The notes under the pieces are model-generated. The model did no database searches and was not told where the DNA came from. It was given only the letters and a program-made list of their open reading frames with translations. A program made the position numbers and the translations under genes. A stretch of 64,000 nt of DNA from Epulopiscium sp. Nele67-Bin005 (lineage in GTDB: Bacteria; Bacillota; Clostridia; Lachnospirales; Cellulosilyticaceae): NCBI GenBank assembly GCA_002007365.1, contig LNZR01000043.1, positions 14,131 through 78,130 of the forward strand. The letters are read 5' to 3'. Below, piece after piece: positions 29,230-43,968 of this stretch. The stretch's first letter is position 1. Each line of letters starts with the position of its first letter.

Positions 29230-31341
29230 ATGAAAACTTTTCACAATTTAAAACTAACCAAAAAACTAAGTATCATTATTGGTATTGGCGTATTTATTGC
29301 TTTTACCTTGCTCTTAGTTATTACTAACTATAGCGTTGCCAAACAAGGTCGAGAACATCTTATTGAAAGATTTAGCGTGGAAGCTAAACATAATGCATAT
29401 GTAGTGGAGAATATGCTCTATGATGGATTTGGTTTTTCTGATGATTTATTAAGCCACATCGTTTATGAGTGGAGTGGGTTAGAAACTGCTCAACCCGATG
29501 ATAACACTTATACAAGCAAAGTTTATAATAACCTAGAACTATTAAATCAAAATTCTAGACTAGAAGATTACATACTAAATATAGCTTCTGTTATCGTTAA
29601 TAACAATGCAAATGTGGCTGGAGTTGGAGTATATTTTGAACCATACACTTTTGCCAGAAACTTGGATACTTATGGGTTTGAAATAACTGAAGCTAGTGCC
29701 AAAAATTATACAGCTGTGCCATCTACAAAATATAGCGATTATGCTAATGAAGAATTTTATCAGTGGGCAAAAACTACAAAAAAGCCTCATGTTACATTGC
29801 CAATATTATATCCAGACGGCAGAAGAATTAGCCACATAACATCTCCAATTATTATTAATAATATATTTAAAGGAGTGGTTGTAACTGACCTTATTACTAC
29901 AAATTTTGAAGATACAAAAGTATCTGACCCAGAGTATCCAACTCTTTTTTCTGCTGTATTAACAAATGATTGGGAAATTATTTATGATGCCGAAGCTGAA
30001 GAGCATGTTGGGCTTAACGTTTCTGATTTTCTAACACCACAAAGCATGACAAAATGGGAAAATTTAGCAAAAAATGAACAATTTTTTATTATTGAAACAG
30101 AATATCCAACTGGAGAAGAGCATATAAGACTTCTATCACCTATTCAAGCTGGGGCAGATATTTGGTGGGCCCATGTAGAAATCCAAACTACAGATTTGTA
30201 TTCTGATGTTTATAGTTTAGCCATTAAAATAGTTGCTTGTGGAGGTTTTTCATTAGTAGCGCTTATAATGTTTGCTGGAGGAGCAATTAGAAAGATGTTA
30301 AAACCACTTGATGAAATAGTGGAGGCTTCTATTCAAATCCAACAAGGAAATTTAGATGTACAAGTTCATTCTCCTCACAATGATGAAATAGGGATTTTGG
30401 CACAATCATTTACAATAATGAGCCTAAAACTCAAAAATATCATTGGAGAAATTGATACTATCTTGGATAAGATGGCACAAGGAGATTTTACATCTACTAA
30501 CAAAATGGTGGTACAATATGATGGGCAATTTGCATCTATCAAAACGGCGCTTATTGGAATTTCTGATAATCTAAGCTCATCATTACAAAATATTAACCGT
30601 TCTGCCAATGAAGTTAACTCTGGAGCAGACGATATTTCAAAAGCTGCCAACGACTTGGCTATAGTTAGTGGTGCGCAAACAGATACTATTTGTGAATTTA
30701 TGGCAACTACAGAAGATATCGCACAACACATTAATAATACTATGCAACAAGTTAAAGAAAGCGAGAAAATTTCTCTTGAGGCCAAACAAAAAGCTCATAC
30801 AGGTTCTAATTCTATGAAAAATATGTTAGTATCTATGGAGCAAATTAATGAGTCTAGCCAAACTATTTCTGAAGTTTTACAAACAGTTGAGTCAATTGCC
30901 GAACAAACTAACTTATTAGCTCTAAATGCCGCTATTGAAGCTGCTCGTGCTGGTGAGGCTGGTCAGGGGTTTGCTGTTGTTGCTACAGAAATCCGTGAGC
31001 TTGCAACAAGAAGTAGTAACAGTGTTCACGAAATTGAAGCCGTTATCAAAACTAGCATTAGAAATGTTGAACAGGGTCAAGCTATGGCCAATGAAACTTC
31101 AAAAAATTTAGAAGATATTTTTGTTACAATCGAAAAAACTGCCAACATTGCTCAAAATTTATTAAAAGTTAGTGCTGAGCAACAACAAAGTATTTCAGGA
31201 CTTGTTGAGGGGACTCGCCATATTAGCAGTTCTGTTCAAACAACTACAGCAACCTCAGAACAGAGTGCTGCAATTAGTGATGAACTTGCTCGTCAGGCTC
31301 AAAATCTTAATGAACTTTTGACACAGTTTAAGTTTAATTAA
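29230..31341 (+). CDS. Methyl-accepting chemotaxis protein A4
   Basis: Same architecture. Hairpin [35 protein letters not shown]. Confidence 0.93.
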   Translation: MKTFHNLKLTKKLSIIIGIGVFIAFTLLLVITNYSVAKQGREHLIERFSVEAKHNAYVVENMLYDGFGFSDDLLSHIVYEWSGLETAQPDDNTYTSKVYNNLELLNQNSRLEDYILNIASVIVNNNANVAGVGVYFEPYTFARNLDTYGFEITEASAKNYTAVPSTKYSDYANEEFYQWAKTTKKPHVTLPILYPDGRRISHITSPIIINNIFKGVVVTDLITTNFEDTKVSDPEYPTLFSAVLTNDWEIIYDAEAEEHVGLNVSDFLTPQSMTKWENLAKNEQFFIIETEYPTGEEHIRLLSPIQAGADIWWAHVEIQTTDLYSDVYSLAIKIVACGGFSLVALIMFAGGAIRKMLKPLDEIVEASIQIQQGNLDVQVHSPHNDEIGILAQSFTIMSLKLKNIIGEIDTILDKMAQGDFTSTNKMVVQYDGQFASIKTALIGISDNLSSSLQNINRSANEVNSGADDISKAANDLAIVSGAQTDTICEFMATTEDIAQHINNTMQQVKESEKISLEAKQKAHTGSNSMKNMLVSMEQINESSQTISEVLQTVESIAEQTNLLALNAAIEAARAGEAGQGFAVVATEIRELATRSSNSVHEIEAVIKTSIRNVEQGQAMANETSKNLEDIFVTIEKTANIAQNLLKVSAEQQQSISGLVEGTRHISSSVQTTTATSEQSAAISDELARQAQNLNELLTQFKFN

Positions 31342-31398
31342 TTAAATAGGCTACCCTTAGTTGGGTAGTCTTTAATTAGTTCAAAGTTTGCTTATAAT

Positions 31399-31425
31399 TA
31401 ATACAAATTTGGTTGCAACCGATAA
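31399..31425 (+). promoter_or_regulatory. Sigma-D-like promoter candidate upstream of MCP A5
   Basis: TAAT, a 15-nt spacer, then ACCGATAA (31418-31425), about 90 nt upstream of the ATG. Confidence 0.3.
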
Positions 31426-31514
31426 ACCTATTATGGTATCATTATACATATAGATTTTTTGACAAATTATTTTATAATACTTAATCTTATTACAATTGAG
31501 AAAGGAAATTACCA

Positions 31515-33617
31515 ATGGACAAATTTCATAATCTAAGACTCGGTCAGAAATTAACGATTATAATTGGTGCTGCTGTATCGGTTATATTGTTATTAACTAC
31601 CATAATAACAGCCACTCAAGTAAGCCAAGTTACTCAAGAGGCAGTTATGAAACAATTTAGTATCCAAGCGCAATATAATGCTCATATCATACAGACATTA
31701 ATTAAGGAGGCATCTGACATCGCAATTGATGCAAGAGACCATGTTGTTGATGAATTTAGCAAATTAAAAACTGCTATTAATCCAGATACATCAAAGCCTA
31801 GTGTCATCTATGATATGCAACTCTCAGAAGCAAACGCAATTTTGGAGAGCTACCTCATTGACTCATTAAGCGTAGCAGCAAGAAATAACTCAAACATATA
31901 TGGTGTTGGTGTTTACTTTGAGCCATACACATTTGACCCAACAAAAGAAGTTTACGGGTTCTACTTAGAGTCTAGCACATCATATTTACCTGTAGCTAAG
32001 ACGGTATACACGAATTATGCAACGCAAGAATTTTATTCAATTCCAAAAAATACAATGCAATCTTATGTTACAAGACCACAATTATTATCCAATGGTCTAA
32101 GAACTAGCTCAATTAGTTACCCAATTATTGTAAATGGAAACTTTATGGGAGTAATTGTGGCTGATATTATAACTACAAACTTTGCAGAAACTCGTTTAGT
32201 AGATGCTGACTATCCAAGTTTATTCTCATGTATTTTAACTAGTGAGTGGGAAATTATTTACAACTCAATTTCTAGTGATTTAATTGGTACAAATCTTGGA
32301 GAAAGCAGTACAGCACAAAGTATTGTAAACTTAACAGAAGGTGCAAAAAATGGAGTTTTATTTAGTACAGAGAGTGCATTTACTGATGGCGCACCTCAAA
32401 TTAGAGTTTTATCTCCTGTATATGCTGGAGAAGAAATTTGGTGGGCATCTATTGCAGTTGAGCCACACGAATTATACGCTGATACACAACGCATCACATT
32501 AATTATTTGTATTGTTTCTGTAATATCAGTATTAGTTCTTATTTCATTAGTAGGATTAGTAGTTAAAAGATTATTAAATCCACTAAACTATATTTTAGAA
32601 GCAGCAAGCAAAATTGAACAAGGAAACTTAGATATTACACTAGACTCACAATACAACGATGAGATTGGTAAATTATCAAGACGTTTCTTAAGAATGGCGA
32701 GTAGCCTAAAAGCTATTATCAAAGAAATTGACCATGTTTTGGGAGAGATGGCCAAAGGTGATTTTACTGTAACTAATAATATGAATGCAACTTATACAGG
32801 GCAGTTTGTTCCTATTAAAAATGCACTAATTTCTATATCAGATACACTAAGTTCATCGCTAAAAGATATCAACCATTCTGCTGAAGAAGTAAGCTTTGGA
32901 GCAGGAGAAATTTCGGTTGGAAGTACAGCTCTAGCAAAAGGAAGTCTAGAACAAACTAACATTATAGAAAACTTTGTAGAAGCAACTCAAGATATCGCAA
33001 CTAATGTCAAAAATACTATGAGCAAATTTAAAGAAAGTGAACGTATCTCTGAAGAAGCCAAAGAAAAAGCTCATGAAGGAGCAGATACTATGGACGATAT
33101 GTTAACATCTATGAAAGCAATTAACGAGTCTAGCCAACAAATTGCTGAGGTACTAAAAACAGTTGAGAGCATCGCAGAACAAACAAACTTACTTGCACTA
33201 AATGCAGCCATAGAAGCAGCAAGAGCTGGAGAGGCAGGAAAAGGGTTTGCAGTTGTTGCCACAGAAATCCGTGAGCTTGCAACAAGAAGTACAGAAAGTG
33301 TTAAAGAAATTGAAAGTGTTATCAAAACTAGCATCAAAACAGTAGAGGCTGGGCAATCTATGGCAAATGATACAGCAAAAAGTCTACACGATATTGTGGA
33401 TACAGTTGATAAAACGGCTGCCATCACCAAAGAATTACTAGAAGCTACAGAGGCACAGCAACAAAGTATTTCAGAACTTGCTGAAGGAACTAAACAAATT
33501 TCTACTATAGTTCAGGCAAATTCTGCAACATCAGAAGAGAGTGCAGCAATTAGCGAGGACTTAGCTAATCAAGCCCAAAATCTCAAAGCTTCATTAGCAT
33601 ATTTCAAATTTAACTAA
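31515..33617 (+). CDS. Methyl-accepting chemotaxis protein A5
   Basis: Same architecture. Hairpin [35 protein letters not shown]. Confidence 0.93.
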   Translation: MDKFHNLRLGQKLTIIIGAAVSVILLLTTIITATQVSQVTQEAVMKQFSIQAQYNAHIIQTLIKEASDIAIDARDHVVDEFSKLKTAINPDTSKPSVIYDMQLSEANAILESYLIDSLSVAARNNSNIYGVGVYFEPYTFDPTKEVYGFYLESSTSYLPVAKTVYTNYATQEFYSIPKNTMQSYVTRPQLLSNGLRTSSISYPIIVNGNFMGVIVADIITTNFAETRLVDADYPSLFSCILTSEWEIIYNSISSDLIGTNLGESSTAQSIVNLTEGAKNGVLFSTESAFTDGAPQIRVLSPVYAGEEIWWASIAVEPHELYADTQRITLIICIVSVISVLVLISLVGLVVKRLLNPLNYILEAASKIEQGNLDITLDSQYNDEIGKLSRRFLRMASSLKAIIKEIDHVLGEMAKGDFTVTNNMNATYTGQFVPIKNALISISDTLSSSLKDINHSAEEVSFGAGEISVGSTALAKGSLEQTNIIENFVEATQDIATNVKNTMSKFKESERISEEAKEKAHEGADTMDDMLTSMKAINESSQQIAEVLKTVESIAEQTNLLALNAAIEAARAGEAGKGFAVVATEIRELATRSTESVKEIESVIKTSIKTVEAGQSMANDTAKSLHDIVDTVDKTAAITKELLEATEAQQQSISELAEGTKQISTIVQANSATSEESAAISEDLANQAQNLKASLAYFKFN

Positions 33618-33633
33618 AAAACTCTAAAAAAAG

Positions 33634-33661
33634 CTACCTAAAATTTACAGGTAGATTTTTT
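33634..33661 (+). terminator. Rho-independent terminator of MCP A5
   Basis: CTACCT/AGGTAG stem followed by ATTTTTT. Confidence 0.65.
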
Positions 33662-33908
33662 GCATATAACAAAATTTACATCTCAACTCAAACTTACTTT
33701 TCAAAAAACAAATCCCATTTCACACAATCCTTAATTTCAAAAATCGTGATGATCGTACTTTTTTGTCCACTTGTTGGGAACAATTCCAATTTCCAAAAAA
33801 AATTTGCATTGATGGAGCTATAGTATTATAATATAATTTAAATTTAAACTTTGAATTAAGTTTATTGTTTCAAAATTTTATTGTAGATGAGGGGAGAGAA
33901 TTAATATT

Positions 33909-36011
33909 ATGGAAAAGTTTTATAATCTTAAACTGGGGAAAAAATTAACTATTTTGATAGGGATTGCTGTAGCTATAATTTTGACAATAACTACAATAAT
34001 CACTGCAACTCGAGTAAATACCATTACAGAAAGTGGAGTCTTAAAGCAATTTAACACACAAACTGAGTATAATGCATTTATCATTCAAAGTTTAATCCAA
34101 GATGCGTGTAATATTATTGGTGATGCCAGAGACCATGTCGCAAACGAATATCATACACTAAAAAGTGCTGATGAAGCTAGCATTCGCATTGATAGTACAG
34201 TGTATGGATACGAACTAGCTCAAACTAATTACAACCTAGAAAACTATATATTAAACCTAACAAGTATTGCTGCTATAAATAATCCAAATATATATTCGAT
34301 TAATACTTACTTTGAGCCATACGCATTTGACCCAACAAAACAAATTTATGGCTTTACAATTGAGCAAACAAATTCTTTTGTCCCAAAACCAATAACACAA
34401 TACTCAACTTATTCAAATGAAGAATTTTATGCTATTCCAAAAAATACTTTAGATGTTCATGTTACTCAACCTAGAGAATTATCTGATGGCACAAGACTAA
34501 TTTCAATTACTTATCCTATAGTTGCAAATAATAGCTTTAAAGGCGCAATTGTAGCCAATATTATAAGTAACAATCTTGAAACTACAGATATTAATGACCC
34601 TGATTTACCAACAGCATTTTCTAATATATTTTCTAACACACTAAATATTGTACATGACTCACGCTCAACAGATTATATTGGAACACACATTTCTAATTTG
34701 CTTACACCACAAAGCTTCTCACATATCGAACAGCTTACAACAGCTGGCAAAACGTTTAGTACAGAAACAAGTTATCAAGATGGCTCAAACCACCTAAGAA
34801 TTTTTGCTCCTGTAAAAGTTGGAAATGATATTTGGTGGGCATCTAGTGGGGTTGAACCTAGTGATTTATATTCTGATGCAACAGCTATAACATTTTTGGT
34901 AGTATCTGTATCAGTTATTTCATTGTTAGTATTAGTTACAGTTGTAAAAATCTTGGTAGATAAATTGCTCCTACCACTAGATAATATTGTAGATGCAGCA
35001 GGCTCAATTAAAAAAGGAAACTTGGATATAACTTTAGATATAACTAGTGAAGATGAAATTGGAAGTTTGGCACGCAGATTTGTACGAATGGCAGAAAAAT
35101 TAAAAGGTATTATCCACGAGATTGAATATGTTTTGGGAGAGATGGCCAAGGGTGATTTTACTGTAATAAATACTATGAATGCCAAATATGATGGGCAATT
35201 TGCTCCTATCAAAACCTCACTAATAACAATATCTGAAACTCTAAGCTCATCACTAAAAAATATTAATCAGTCTGCCGAAGAAGTAAGCCAAGGAGCAGGA
35301 GAAATTTCTAGTGGAACGTCTGAGCTTGCAAAATCAACAATTGAACAAAGTCAAATTATCGAAAATTTTGTAGTAGCAACAGACGAAATCGCACACCATA
35401 TAACAAACACTATGGAACAATTTAAAGAAAGCGAAATCATCTCTAACGAAGCCAAACAAAAAGCTCATAACGGCGCACACACTATGAGTAATATGCTAAC
35501 TTCCATGGACGCAATTAATGAGTCTAGCCAAAAAATATCTGAAGTTTTGAAGACTGTCGAAAGTATTGCCGACCAAACTAGCCTTCTTGCCCTAAACGCA
35601 ACTATTGAAGCTGCAAGAGCTGGAGAAGCTGGAAAAGGTTTTGCAGTTGTTGCCAATGAAATTAGAGAGCTAGCAGACAGAAGCACAGAAAGCGTTAAGG
35701 AAATCGAAGAAGTTATAAAAACTAGTATACACAGCGTTGAAGAAGGTCAGGCAATGGCAAATGAAACTGCTGATAGCCTACAAGATATTGTAGAAACTGT
35801 TGAGAAAAACGCATCTATTACCAAAAAATTATTAGAAACTAGCAAAGAACAACAACAAAGTATTTCGGAACTTGCAGATGGCACAAAACAAATTGCTGCC
35901 CTAGTCCAAACTAATTCTGCCACTACAGAAGAAAGTGCATCAATTAGCGAAGACTTAGCCCAACAAGCCCAAAACCTAAAACAATCTTTGTCATATTTCA
36001 AATTTAACTAA
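33909..36011 (+). CDS. Methyl-accepting chemotaxis protein A6
   Basis: Same architecture. Closest by eye to A5 along the whole length. Confidence 0.93.
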   Translation: MEKFYNLKLGKKLTILIGIAVAIILTITTIITATRVNTITESGVLKQFNTQTEYNAFIIQSLIQDACNIIGDARDHVANEYHTLKSADEASIRIDSTVYGYELAQTNYNLENYILNLTSIAAINNPNIYSINTYFEPYAFDPTKQIYGFTIEQTNSFVPKPITQYSTYSNEEFYAIPKNTLDVHVTQPRELSDGTRLISITYPIVANNSFKGAIVANIISNNLETTDINDPDLPTAFSNIFSNTLNIVHDSRSTDYIGTHISNLLTPQSFSHIEQLTTAGKTFSTETSYQDGSNHLRIFAPVKVGNDIWWASSGVEPSDLYSDATAITFLVVSVSVISLLVLVTVVKILVDKLLLPLDNIVDAAGSIKKGNLDITLDITSEDEIGSLARRFVRMAEKLKGIIHEIEYVLGEMAKGDFTVINTMNAKYDGQFAPIKTSLITISETLSSSLKNINQSAEEVSQGAGEISSGTSELAKSTIEQSQIIENFVVATDEIAHHITNTMEQFKESEIISNEAKQKAHNGAHTMSNMLTSMDAINESSQKISEVLKTVESIADQTSLLALNATIEAARAGEAGKGFAVVANEIRELADRSTESVKEIEEVIKTSIHSVEEGQAMANETADSLQDIVETVEKNASITKKLLETSKEQQQSISELADGTKQIAALVQTNSATTEESASISEDLAQQAQNLKQSLSYFKFN

Positions 36012-36016
36012 AAAAA

Positions 36017-36050
36017 CCATGGATAAGATTTTACTTATCCATGGTTTTTT
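36017..36050 (+). terminator. Rho-independent terminator of MCP A6
   Basis: 11-bp stem CCATGGATAAG/CTTATCCATGG followed by a T6 run. Confidence 0.85.
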
Positions 36051-36461
36051 AATATGCAACTAATAAGCTACTTTTTGTAAGTAAAGCCCAAAAACAATTT
36101 TACCAATACAAACGTCAATGTATTTTGTAACATATAAAAATTCCACAAATGAAGTATACCATATTTTCATCATTGTAGGAAATTTTTGTTGTAAAAACAA
36201 TATTAATATAATTTTATTATGCATATTTTTTAATATGGAGTATATTATTATAATCGTATTCAATTATTAAGAAAATATTACAACTTTAGCTAAATTTAAC
36301 AATAATTATTATGAAGTTTACTTGTCTAAATTAGTAGTTTTGTAGTATATTATAATATAGGGGGAGAATTTAGCAATTCATTACTTTGTTAATTTTACAT
36401 ATCGCTAATTTTTAATCTGTGATACATCAATCACAAAAATAAATAAGAAAAGAGGAAAATT

Positions 36462-38582
36462 ATGGAACAATTTAATAATCTCAAAATGGCAAGAAAGCTA
36501 AACATTGTAGTAATTATTACAATGCTTATAACAACGCTACTAACCACACCACTTACAATACTAAGAGTAAGCAATCTTAGCAAAGAACTTGTCATGGATA
36601 AATTTGCAACATCTGCTCAATATAATGCTTTACTTGTCGAATCTTTAATTAATGAAGCATATTTATTTGTTGATGATGCCCAACACCACATAGTAAGTGA
36701 ATACGCACTTTTGGAAGCATACACAGAAGGCCCATACGAAAGTTCACTATATGATTTACCTCTCTCAGCAGTAAATGCTACTATGGAAAACTATTTATTA
36801 AGTACAGCAAAATCTTACACAAGTGGAAACGATAATATTTTTGGAATTGGTGTATATTTTGAGCCATTTGCTTTTGTAGATAACCTCCCAGTTTATGGCT
36901 TTAAATATAATAGCGACAATACTACAAGCCCCGTAATATCACAAAAATATTCGGAGTATTCTAATGAAGAGTTTTATGAAGGAGCAAAAACTACACTAAA
37001 ACCATACATTACAAGCCCAAAACTTCAACCTAACGGAAACAGAGTTAGCCACATTAGTTACCCAATTATCGTTAATGGCGAATTTAAAGGGGTAGCTGTA
37101 GCCGATATTATTTCTCGAAAATTTGCTGATACAAGTATTGATGACCCTAACTACTCTACACTTTTTTCTGCAATCCTAACTGATACTTGGGAAATTGTGT
37201 ATCATGATTGGGAGCCTAACTATGGAGTGGCTGATACAATTTATGTTGGACACAGAATGACAGAATATTTAGTAGAAGACAGTATGATAGAATGGAAATC
37301 TCTTGCTACTAGTGGAGAATGTTTTACAATAGAAACAGTATCTCTTGATGGTTCAGAACACATTAGAGTACTCTCACCAATTCAAATTGGAGGAAACACT
37401 TGGTGGGCCCATATCGGAATTGAGTCAGATGATTTATACAAAGATTTACGTTCAATCCAATCAATAATCGCAATTGTTCCTATTGTAACGCTTATAATTG
37501 TAACACTTATTGTAGGAATTGCAGTTACTAACTTATTAAATCCACTAAAAAATATTTTATCAGCCGCATTACAAATCGAGCAAGGAAAGCTTGATACAAA
37601 ATTATTAGGTAAGTATGATGATGAAATAGGAAGTTTATCAAGAAGATTTACACGAATGTCAAAAAATCTCCGTGAAATAATTCAAGAAATCAACTTTGTA
37701 CTTGGAGAGATGGCAAACGGTGATTTTACAGTAACTGAAAATATGAAAGTTAATTACCCTGGAGAATTTGCTCCTATAAAAGAAGCAATTGACTCAATTT
37801 CTACAAACTTAAATCAATTATTATTTAATGTACAACAAGCTACAGAACAAGTAAGCTACGGAGGGTCTGAACTCTCAATTGCCGTAACAGAGCTTGCAAA
37901 AGGAGTTGTTGAACAAACAGAAATTATTGATAGCTTTATTGCAACTACAGAAGAAATTTCTAACAGTGTAACAACTACTGTAGTTCAATTTAAAGAAAGC
38001 GAGCGTATTTCTGAAGAAGCTAAACAAAAAGCATACGAAGGAACTAAACTTATGGAACAAATGCTTGAGTCAATGGAAGAAATTAATATGTCTAGCATAG
38101 CTATATCAAACGTACTCCAAACTATAGAAAGCATTGCAGACCAAACAAATCTTCTTGCCCTAAACGCTACAATAGAAGCTGCTAGAGCTGGAGAACTTGG
38201 CAAAGGATTTGCAGTTGTTGCAAACGAAATCCGAGACCTTTCAATTCGTAGTAGCCATAGTGTTAAAGAAATCGAAGAAGTTATAAAAACTAGTATCAAA
38301 AAAGTTGAACAGGGTCAAACGATTGCTAATTCAACATCTGATAGCCTAAAAGATATTGTATCAACAATAGAACAAACTGCAACTATAGCCAAAGAATTAT
38401 TAGTAGCTAGTGAGGCCCAACACTCTCATATTGAAGAATTAATTGAGGGAACAAAATCAATTTCAGGAGTTGTTGATGGCAACGTTGCTGCTGCTGAAGA
38501 AAGTGCGGCTATAAGTGAGGCTCTATCTTGGCAAGCAAATAACTTAAAAGAAACTCTAAATGCTTTCAAATTAAATGATTAA
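36462..38582 (+). CDS. Methyl-accepting chemotaxis protein A7
   Basis: Same architecture. Shares a sensor-domain insertion ([18 protein letters not shown]) with A8. Confidence 0.93.
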   Translation: MEQFNNLKMARKLNIVVIITMLITTLLTTPLTILRVSNLSKELVMDKFATSAQYNALLVESLINEAYLFVDDAQHHIVSEYALLEAYTEGPYESSLYDLPLSAVNATMENYLLSTAKSYTSGNDNIFGIGVYFEPFAFVDNLPVYGFKYNSDNTTSPVISQKYSEYSNEEFYEGAKTTLKPYITSPKLQPNGNRVSHISYPIIVNGEFKGVAVADIISRKFADTSIDDPNYSTLFSAILTDTWEIVYHDWEPNYGVADTIYVGHRMTEYLVEDSMIEWKSLATSGECFTIETVSLDGSEHIRVLSPIQIGGNTWWAHIGIESDDLYKDLRSIQSIIAIVPIVTLIIVTLIVGIAVTNLLNPLKNILSAALQIEQGKLDTKLLGKYDDEIGSLSRRFTRMSKNLREIIQEINFVLGEMANGDFTVTENMKVNYPGEFAPIKEAIDSISTNLNQLLFNVQQATEQVSYGGSELSIAVTELAKGVVEQTEIIDSFIATTEEISNSVTTTVVQFKESERISEEAKQKAYEGTKLMEQMLESMEEINMSSIAISNVLQTIESIADQTNLLALNATIEAARAGELGKGFAVVANEIRDLSIRSSHSVKEIEEVIKTSIKKVEQGQTIANSTSDSLKDIVSTIEQTATIAKELLVASEAQHSHIEELIEGTKSISGVVDGNVAAAEESAAISEALSWQANNLKETLNAFKLND

Positions 38583-38786
38583 TAACTAACAAAAAATAAG
38601 TCATCTACAACAAGACGGCTTATTTTTTTGTGGATATTTGTAAATTTATATTGCAAATATACCCCAAAATATATTATATTTATATTTAAATATAGTTTTT
38701 ATGAAGTGGAATTGCTACATATTATCAATTTTATTACCACAAATAAAAATTACACAATTTATCATTTTAATGAAAGGAAAAAAACT

Positions 38787-40916
38787 ATGCAAAAATTTCA
38801 TAATTTACGTATGGCTCGAAAAATCAGTTTATTAGTTGCATTTATCATAATCAGTGTCTCGCTAATCATAGGGCCTGCTACTACATTTTTCATCAACAAA
38901 ATTAGTAAAGAAACCCTTATCGAAAAATTCAGCTTATCTGCGAGATATAACGCACTGATTGTGCAATCGCTAATTGATGAAGCCTATGGATTTGCAAGTG
39001 ATATGCAAACACACATTGTTGATGGTTACAACGGCCTAGAAGCATATGATGGAGGGGTTTATGCCAGCAAATTATACGGTACTCCAATATCTTCTAACAC
39101 TTCTAAAATGGAAGATTATATTTTAAATCTTGCAATCTCAGCAAGTAAAAGTGCATCATCAAATATATATGGTGTGGCAATTTATTTTGAACCTTATGCC
39201 TTCACACCAGACCAACAAATTTATGGATTTAGAGTAGATGAAAGTAACCCTACTTCACCTATATTATCAACAAAATATACGGATTATTCAAACGAAGCAA
39301 TTTATACTATTCCAAAAAATACTCTAAAACCTTACGTTTCAACACCAGATTTATTATCAAATGGACTTAGAGTATGCCACGTTAGTTACCCAATTATTAT
39401 AAATGGGCAATTTAAAGGGGTTGTTGTTGCCGACATCAAAACTTCACAACTTCAAAGCACAGATTCAGAATACAAAGAAGAATTTCCATCAATATATTCT
39501 GCTGTATTAACAAGTGATTGGGAAATTATCTATCATGATTGGGAGCCTGACTATAGCGTTGCAAACACTCAATATGTTGGACACAATGTAGATGAGAGAT
39601 TAACGCCAGCATCTATGAATGAATGGAATGAACTCGCAAAAGCTGGAGAATTTTTTACGATTGATGCTAATTATACAGACGGAACAGAGTATATCAAAAT
39701 CCTATCTCCAATAGAGGTTGGAGAAGAAATTTGGTGGGCCAAAATAGGGATAGAACCTAAAGATTTGTATGGTGATATAACAGCACTACTAATACTTATA
39801 GGTGGGGCATTAGTGGGAACAATACTAAGTTTGATTATCTGTATTGATATCATAGTTAGAAAATTCCTTGACCCATTAAATATTTTAGTAGATGCTGCTC
39901 AAAAAATCGAAGTTGGAGAACTTCACATCGAAATTGAAAATGACCACCATGATGAAATAGGAAATTTATCTCGTGGATTTACACTTATGGCCTCAAATCT
40001 AAAAGCTATTATTGATGAAATTGATCATGCCTTAGAAGAGATGTCACAAGGGAATTTCTCTGTATCATCAGAAATGAAAGTAACTTATAACGGGCAGTTT
40101 CTCTCTATTAAAGAGGCCATTGTTTCTATTTCTAACAAACTAAGTGGACTTATGCAAAGTGTTAATAACGCTACAGAACAAGTAAGTTACGGAGGGTCTG
40201 AACTTTCGATTGCCGTTACGGAGCTTGCCCGTGGAATTGTTGATCAAACTCAAATTATCGAAACCTTTATTGCTACTACAGAAGAAATTTCTCAAGTGGT
40301 TGCTGGGACTGCCGAACAATTTAGAGAGAGTGAAATTATTTCTGCCGAAGCCAAAGAGCAAGCAAACGAAGGAACTCACTATATGAAACAGATGTTAAAT
40401 TCTATGGTTCAAATTAATGAATCAAGCATCGAAATTTCTCAGGTTTTAAAGACAATCGAAGGTATTGCCGACCAAACAAATCTTCTTGCACTAAATGCCT
40501 CTATTGAAGCTGCCAGAGCTGGAGAAGCTGGAAAAGGGTTTGCAATTGTTGCTAATGAAATCCGTGACCTTGCTAACCTTAGTGCCAAAAGTGTTCAAGA
40601 AATCGAAGCAGTTATTAAAATTAGTATTAACAATGTGGAGCAGGGGCAAGAAATGGCTACCAAAACTTCTGATAGTCTAAAATCTATCGTATCTACAATT
40701 GATAAGACTGCAAGTATCTCAAACGGCTTATTACAATCAAGTAAATCTCAACAAAAGCATATTGAAGAACTCGTTGAAGGAGCAAAATCTATTTCTCGAG
40801 TTATTGAGTCTAATGTTGCTGCTGCTGAAGAAAGTGCCGCTATTAGTGAGGCCCTAGCTTGGCAAGCTGATAACCTAACAGAAACATTAGCTCAATTCAA
40901 ACTTACAGACGACTAA
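38787..40916 (+). CDS. Methyl-accepting chemotaxis protein A8
   Basis: The start is placed at [12 protein letters not shown] (ATG 38787), matching the conserved N-terminus of all paralogs. The listed ORF start at 38628 adds 53 unconserved, AT-rich codons. Confidence 0.92.
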   Translation: MQKFHNLRMARKISLLVAFIIISVSLIIGPATTFFINKISKETLIEKFSLSARYNALIVQSLIDEAYGFASDMQTHIVDGYNGLEAYDGGVYASKLYGTPISSNTSKMEDYILNLAISASKSASSNIYGVAIYFEPYAFTPDQQIYGFRVDESNPTSPILSTKYTDYSNEAIYTIPKNTLKPYVSTPDLLSNGLRVCHVSYPIIINGQFKGVVVADIKTSQLQSTDSEYKEEFPSIYSAVLTSDWEIIYHDWEPDYSVANTQYVGHNVDERLTPASMNEWNELAKAGEFFTIDANYTDGTEYIKILSPIEVGEEIWWAKIGIEPKDLYGDITALLILIGGALVGTILSLIICIDIIVRKFLDPLNILVDAAQKIEVGELHIEIENDHHDEIGNLSRGFTLMASNLKAIIDEIDHALEEMSQGNFSVSSEMKVTYNGQFLSIKEAIVSISNKLSGLMQSVNNATEQVSYGGSELSIAVTELARGIVDQTQIIETFIATTEEISQVVAGTAEQFRESEIISAEAKEQANEGTHYMKQMLNSMVQINESSIEISQVLKTIEGIADQTNLLALNASIEAARAGEAGKGFAIVANEIRDLANLSAKSVQEIEAVIKISINNVEQGQEMATKTSDSLKSIVSTIDKTASISNGLLQSSKSQQKHIEELVEGAKSISRVIESNVAAAEESAAISEALAWQADNLTETLAQFKLTDD

Positions 40917-40952
40917 AAAAAAGACTACTGATTAATTTCAGTAGTCTTTTTA
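40914..40952. terminator. Bidirectional terminator between MCP A8 and groEL
   Basis: AGACTACTG/CAGTAGTCT stem flanked by an A8 run and a T5 run. Confidence 0.85.
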
Positions 40953-40953
40953 A

Positions 40954-42952
<1,999 letters not shown>

Positions 42953-42961
42953 TACAGTTCT

Positions 42962-42990
42962 ATAATAAATTATTTCTTATCATTTTTCAA
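42962..42990 (-). promoter_or_regulatory. Sigma-A promoter of groESL
   Basis: On the minus strand: TTGAAA, a 17-nt spacer, then TATTAT, immediately upstream of CIRCE. Confidence 0.6.
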
Positions 42991-43044
42991 GATATTTTTT
43001 GATTTTTTTCAAAAAATGTTGGAATAAAATGTAAATATCAATTT

Positions 43045-43866
43045 TTACTTTTTAAAAAGCTGATTTTCCCGAGCATAATAAAACAAATATTGCTGAGCAT
43101 AACCAGCCAAATCACCATAATAATCTAAGGCAAAATCCTTAATTTTTTTGAGACTTTGCTCCTCACCATTAAAGTATAGCCCTTCCATCACTCTTTTAAT
43201 CCAAACATCAGTAGGAAAAATATCATTTTTTTTGTATGCAAAAAGCAAAATACAATCAGAAACTTTTGGGCCAACTCCACTAATTTGCATCAAATATTCA
43301 CGGGCATCATCAGAATTCATATTATAAATTTGATTTAGGTCAATTGTACCATCACTTACTTTTGCACAAGCATCTAAAATATACTTATCCCTAAATCCAA
43401 CTTTACATTCCCGAAGCCCCTCATTAGTCGCCAAAACAAGTTGTTCAACCGTTGGAAATGCATAATAATCTTCACCATGCATTTGATTTTTGCTACCGTA
43501 TTTTGCACAAATATTTTCGATAGATTTTTTTATATTTGGAATACCATTATTTTGTGAAATTATAAAAGAAATCAACATCTCCCAAGGGTCTTGCTTCAAA
43601 ATTCGTATCCCACCCCCAAATTCCACAGCATTTTTCATATGTTCATCTTTGCTACTAAGTACCTTTTTTATTTGAGAATAATCAGTTTCGCCATCAAAAT
43701 AGTTATACCAAAACTCATTATACTCATCTAAATTATTATCAGTTTCTTCATTATATATACCAAAATTATTTTGTGCGATGATACGGAATGTGTGTGGAGT
43801 TGGTTCGCAAAACCTAAACACTTGACCACATTCCAAAGTTTGTCTAATATTAAAATTTGTATTCAC
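43045..43866 (-). CDS. ogg: 8-oxoguanine DNA glycosylase / AP lyase (Ogg, HhH-GPD superfamily)
   Basis: HhH-GPD signature (ISGVGPKVSDCILLF ... FPTDVWIKR), 273 aa. Confidence 0.8.
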   Translation of the reverse strand: MNTNFNIRQTLECGQVFRFCEPTPHTFRIIAQNNFGIYNEETDNNLDEYNEFWYNYFDGETDYSQIKKVLSSKDEHMKNAVEFGGGIRILKQDPWEMLISFIISQNNGIPNIKKSIENICAKYGSKNQMHGEDYYAFPTVEQLVLATNEGLRECKVGFRDKYILDACAKVSDGTIDLNQIYNMNSDDAREYLMQISGVGPKVSDCILLFAYKKNDIFPTDVWIKRVMEGLYFNGEEQSLKKIKDFALDYYGDLAGYAQQYLFYYARENQLFKK

Positions 43867-43968
43867 CTATTACCCTCCTAAAAATTTGCCTATTTCATTA
43901 TTGCCAAATAAAATTATTTCTATACAAAAAGTAGACCATTATTTTTAATAATAGCCTACTTTGTTTAA

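Noticed and set aside
31327-31341. The conserved C-terminal aromatic tail ([FY]-[KT]-[FL]-x) of all 13 receptors as a CheR/CheB-tethering pentapeptide analogous to NWETF.
   Set aside because: There is no flexible linker before it. The motif directly continues the last MA-domain helix, and similar F-K-[LVF] endings are common in Firmicute MCPs. There is no basis for a tether claim from sequence alone.
33071-33430. Long antisense ORFs opposite the MCP signalling domains. This one is typical; others are 25659-25943, 30375-30785, 34775-35212, 35465-35686, 37985-38299, 44324-44515, 51308-51637 and 53747-53971.
   Set aside because: They all lie exactly opposite the conserved Ala/Glu/Ser-rich MA-domain coding sequence and give low-complexity Ala/Ser-rich translations. 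They have no SD and recur only because the sense sequence recurs. They are shadow ORFs, not genes.
36060-36263. A 67-aa minus-strand ORF in the 450-bp spacer between receptors A6 and A7 (and a similar one at 26570-26773).
   Set aside because: The translation is AT-rich and Ile/Lys/Phe-rich with no SD. The 26570 ORF overlaps the start of A3. This is most likely chance in AT-rich spacer DNA.
38628-38786. A 53-codon N-terminal extension of receptor A8 in the ORF track.
   Set aside because: The extension is unconserved AT-rich sequence that contains the likely promoter. All 12 paralogs begin at the M-x-K-F-x-N-L motif, which here starts at 38787 with its own purine-rich SD.
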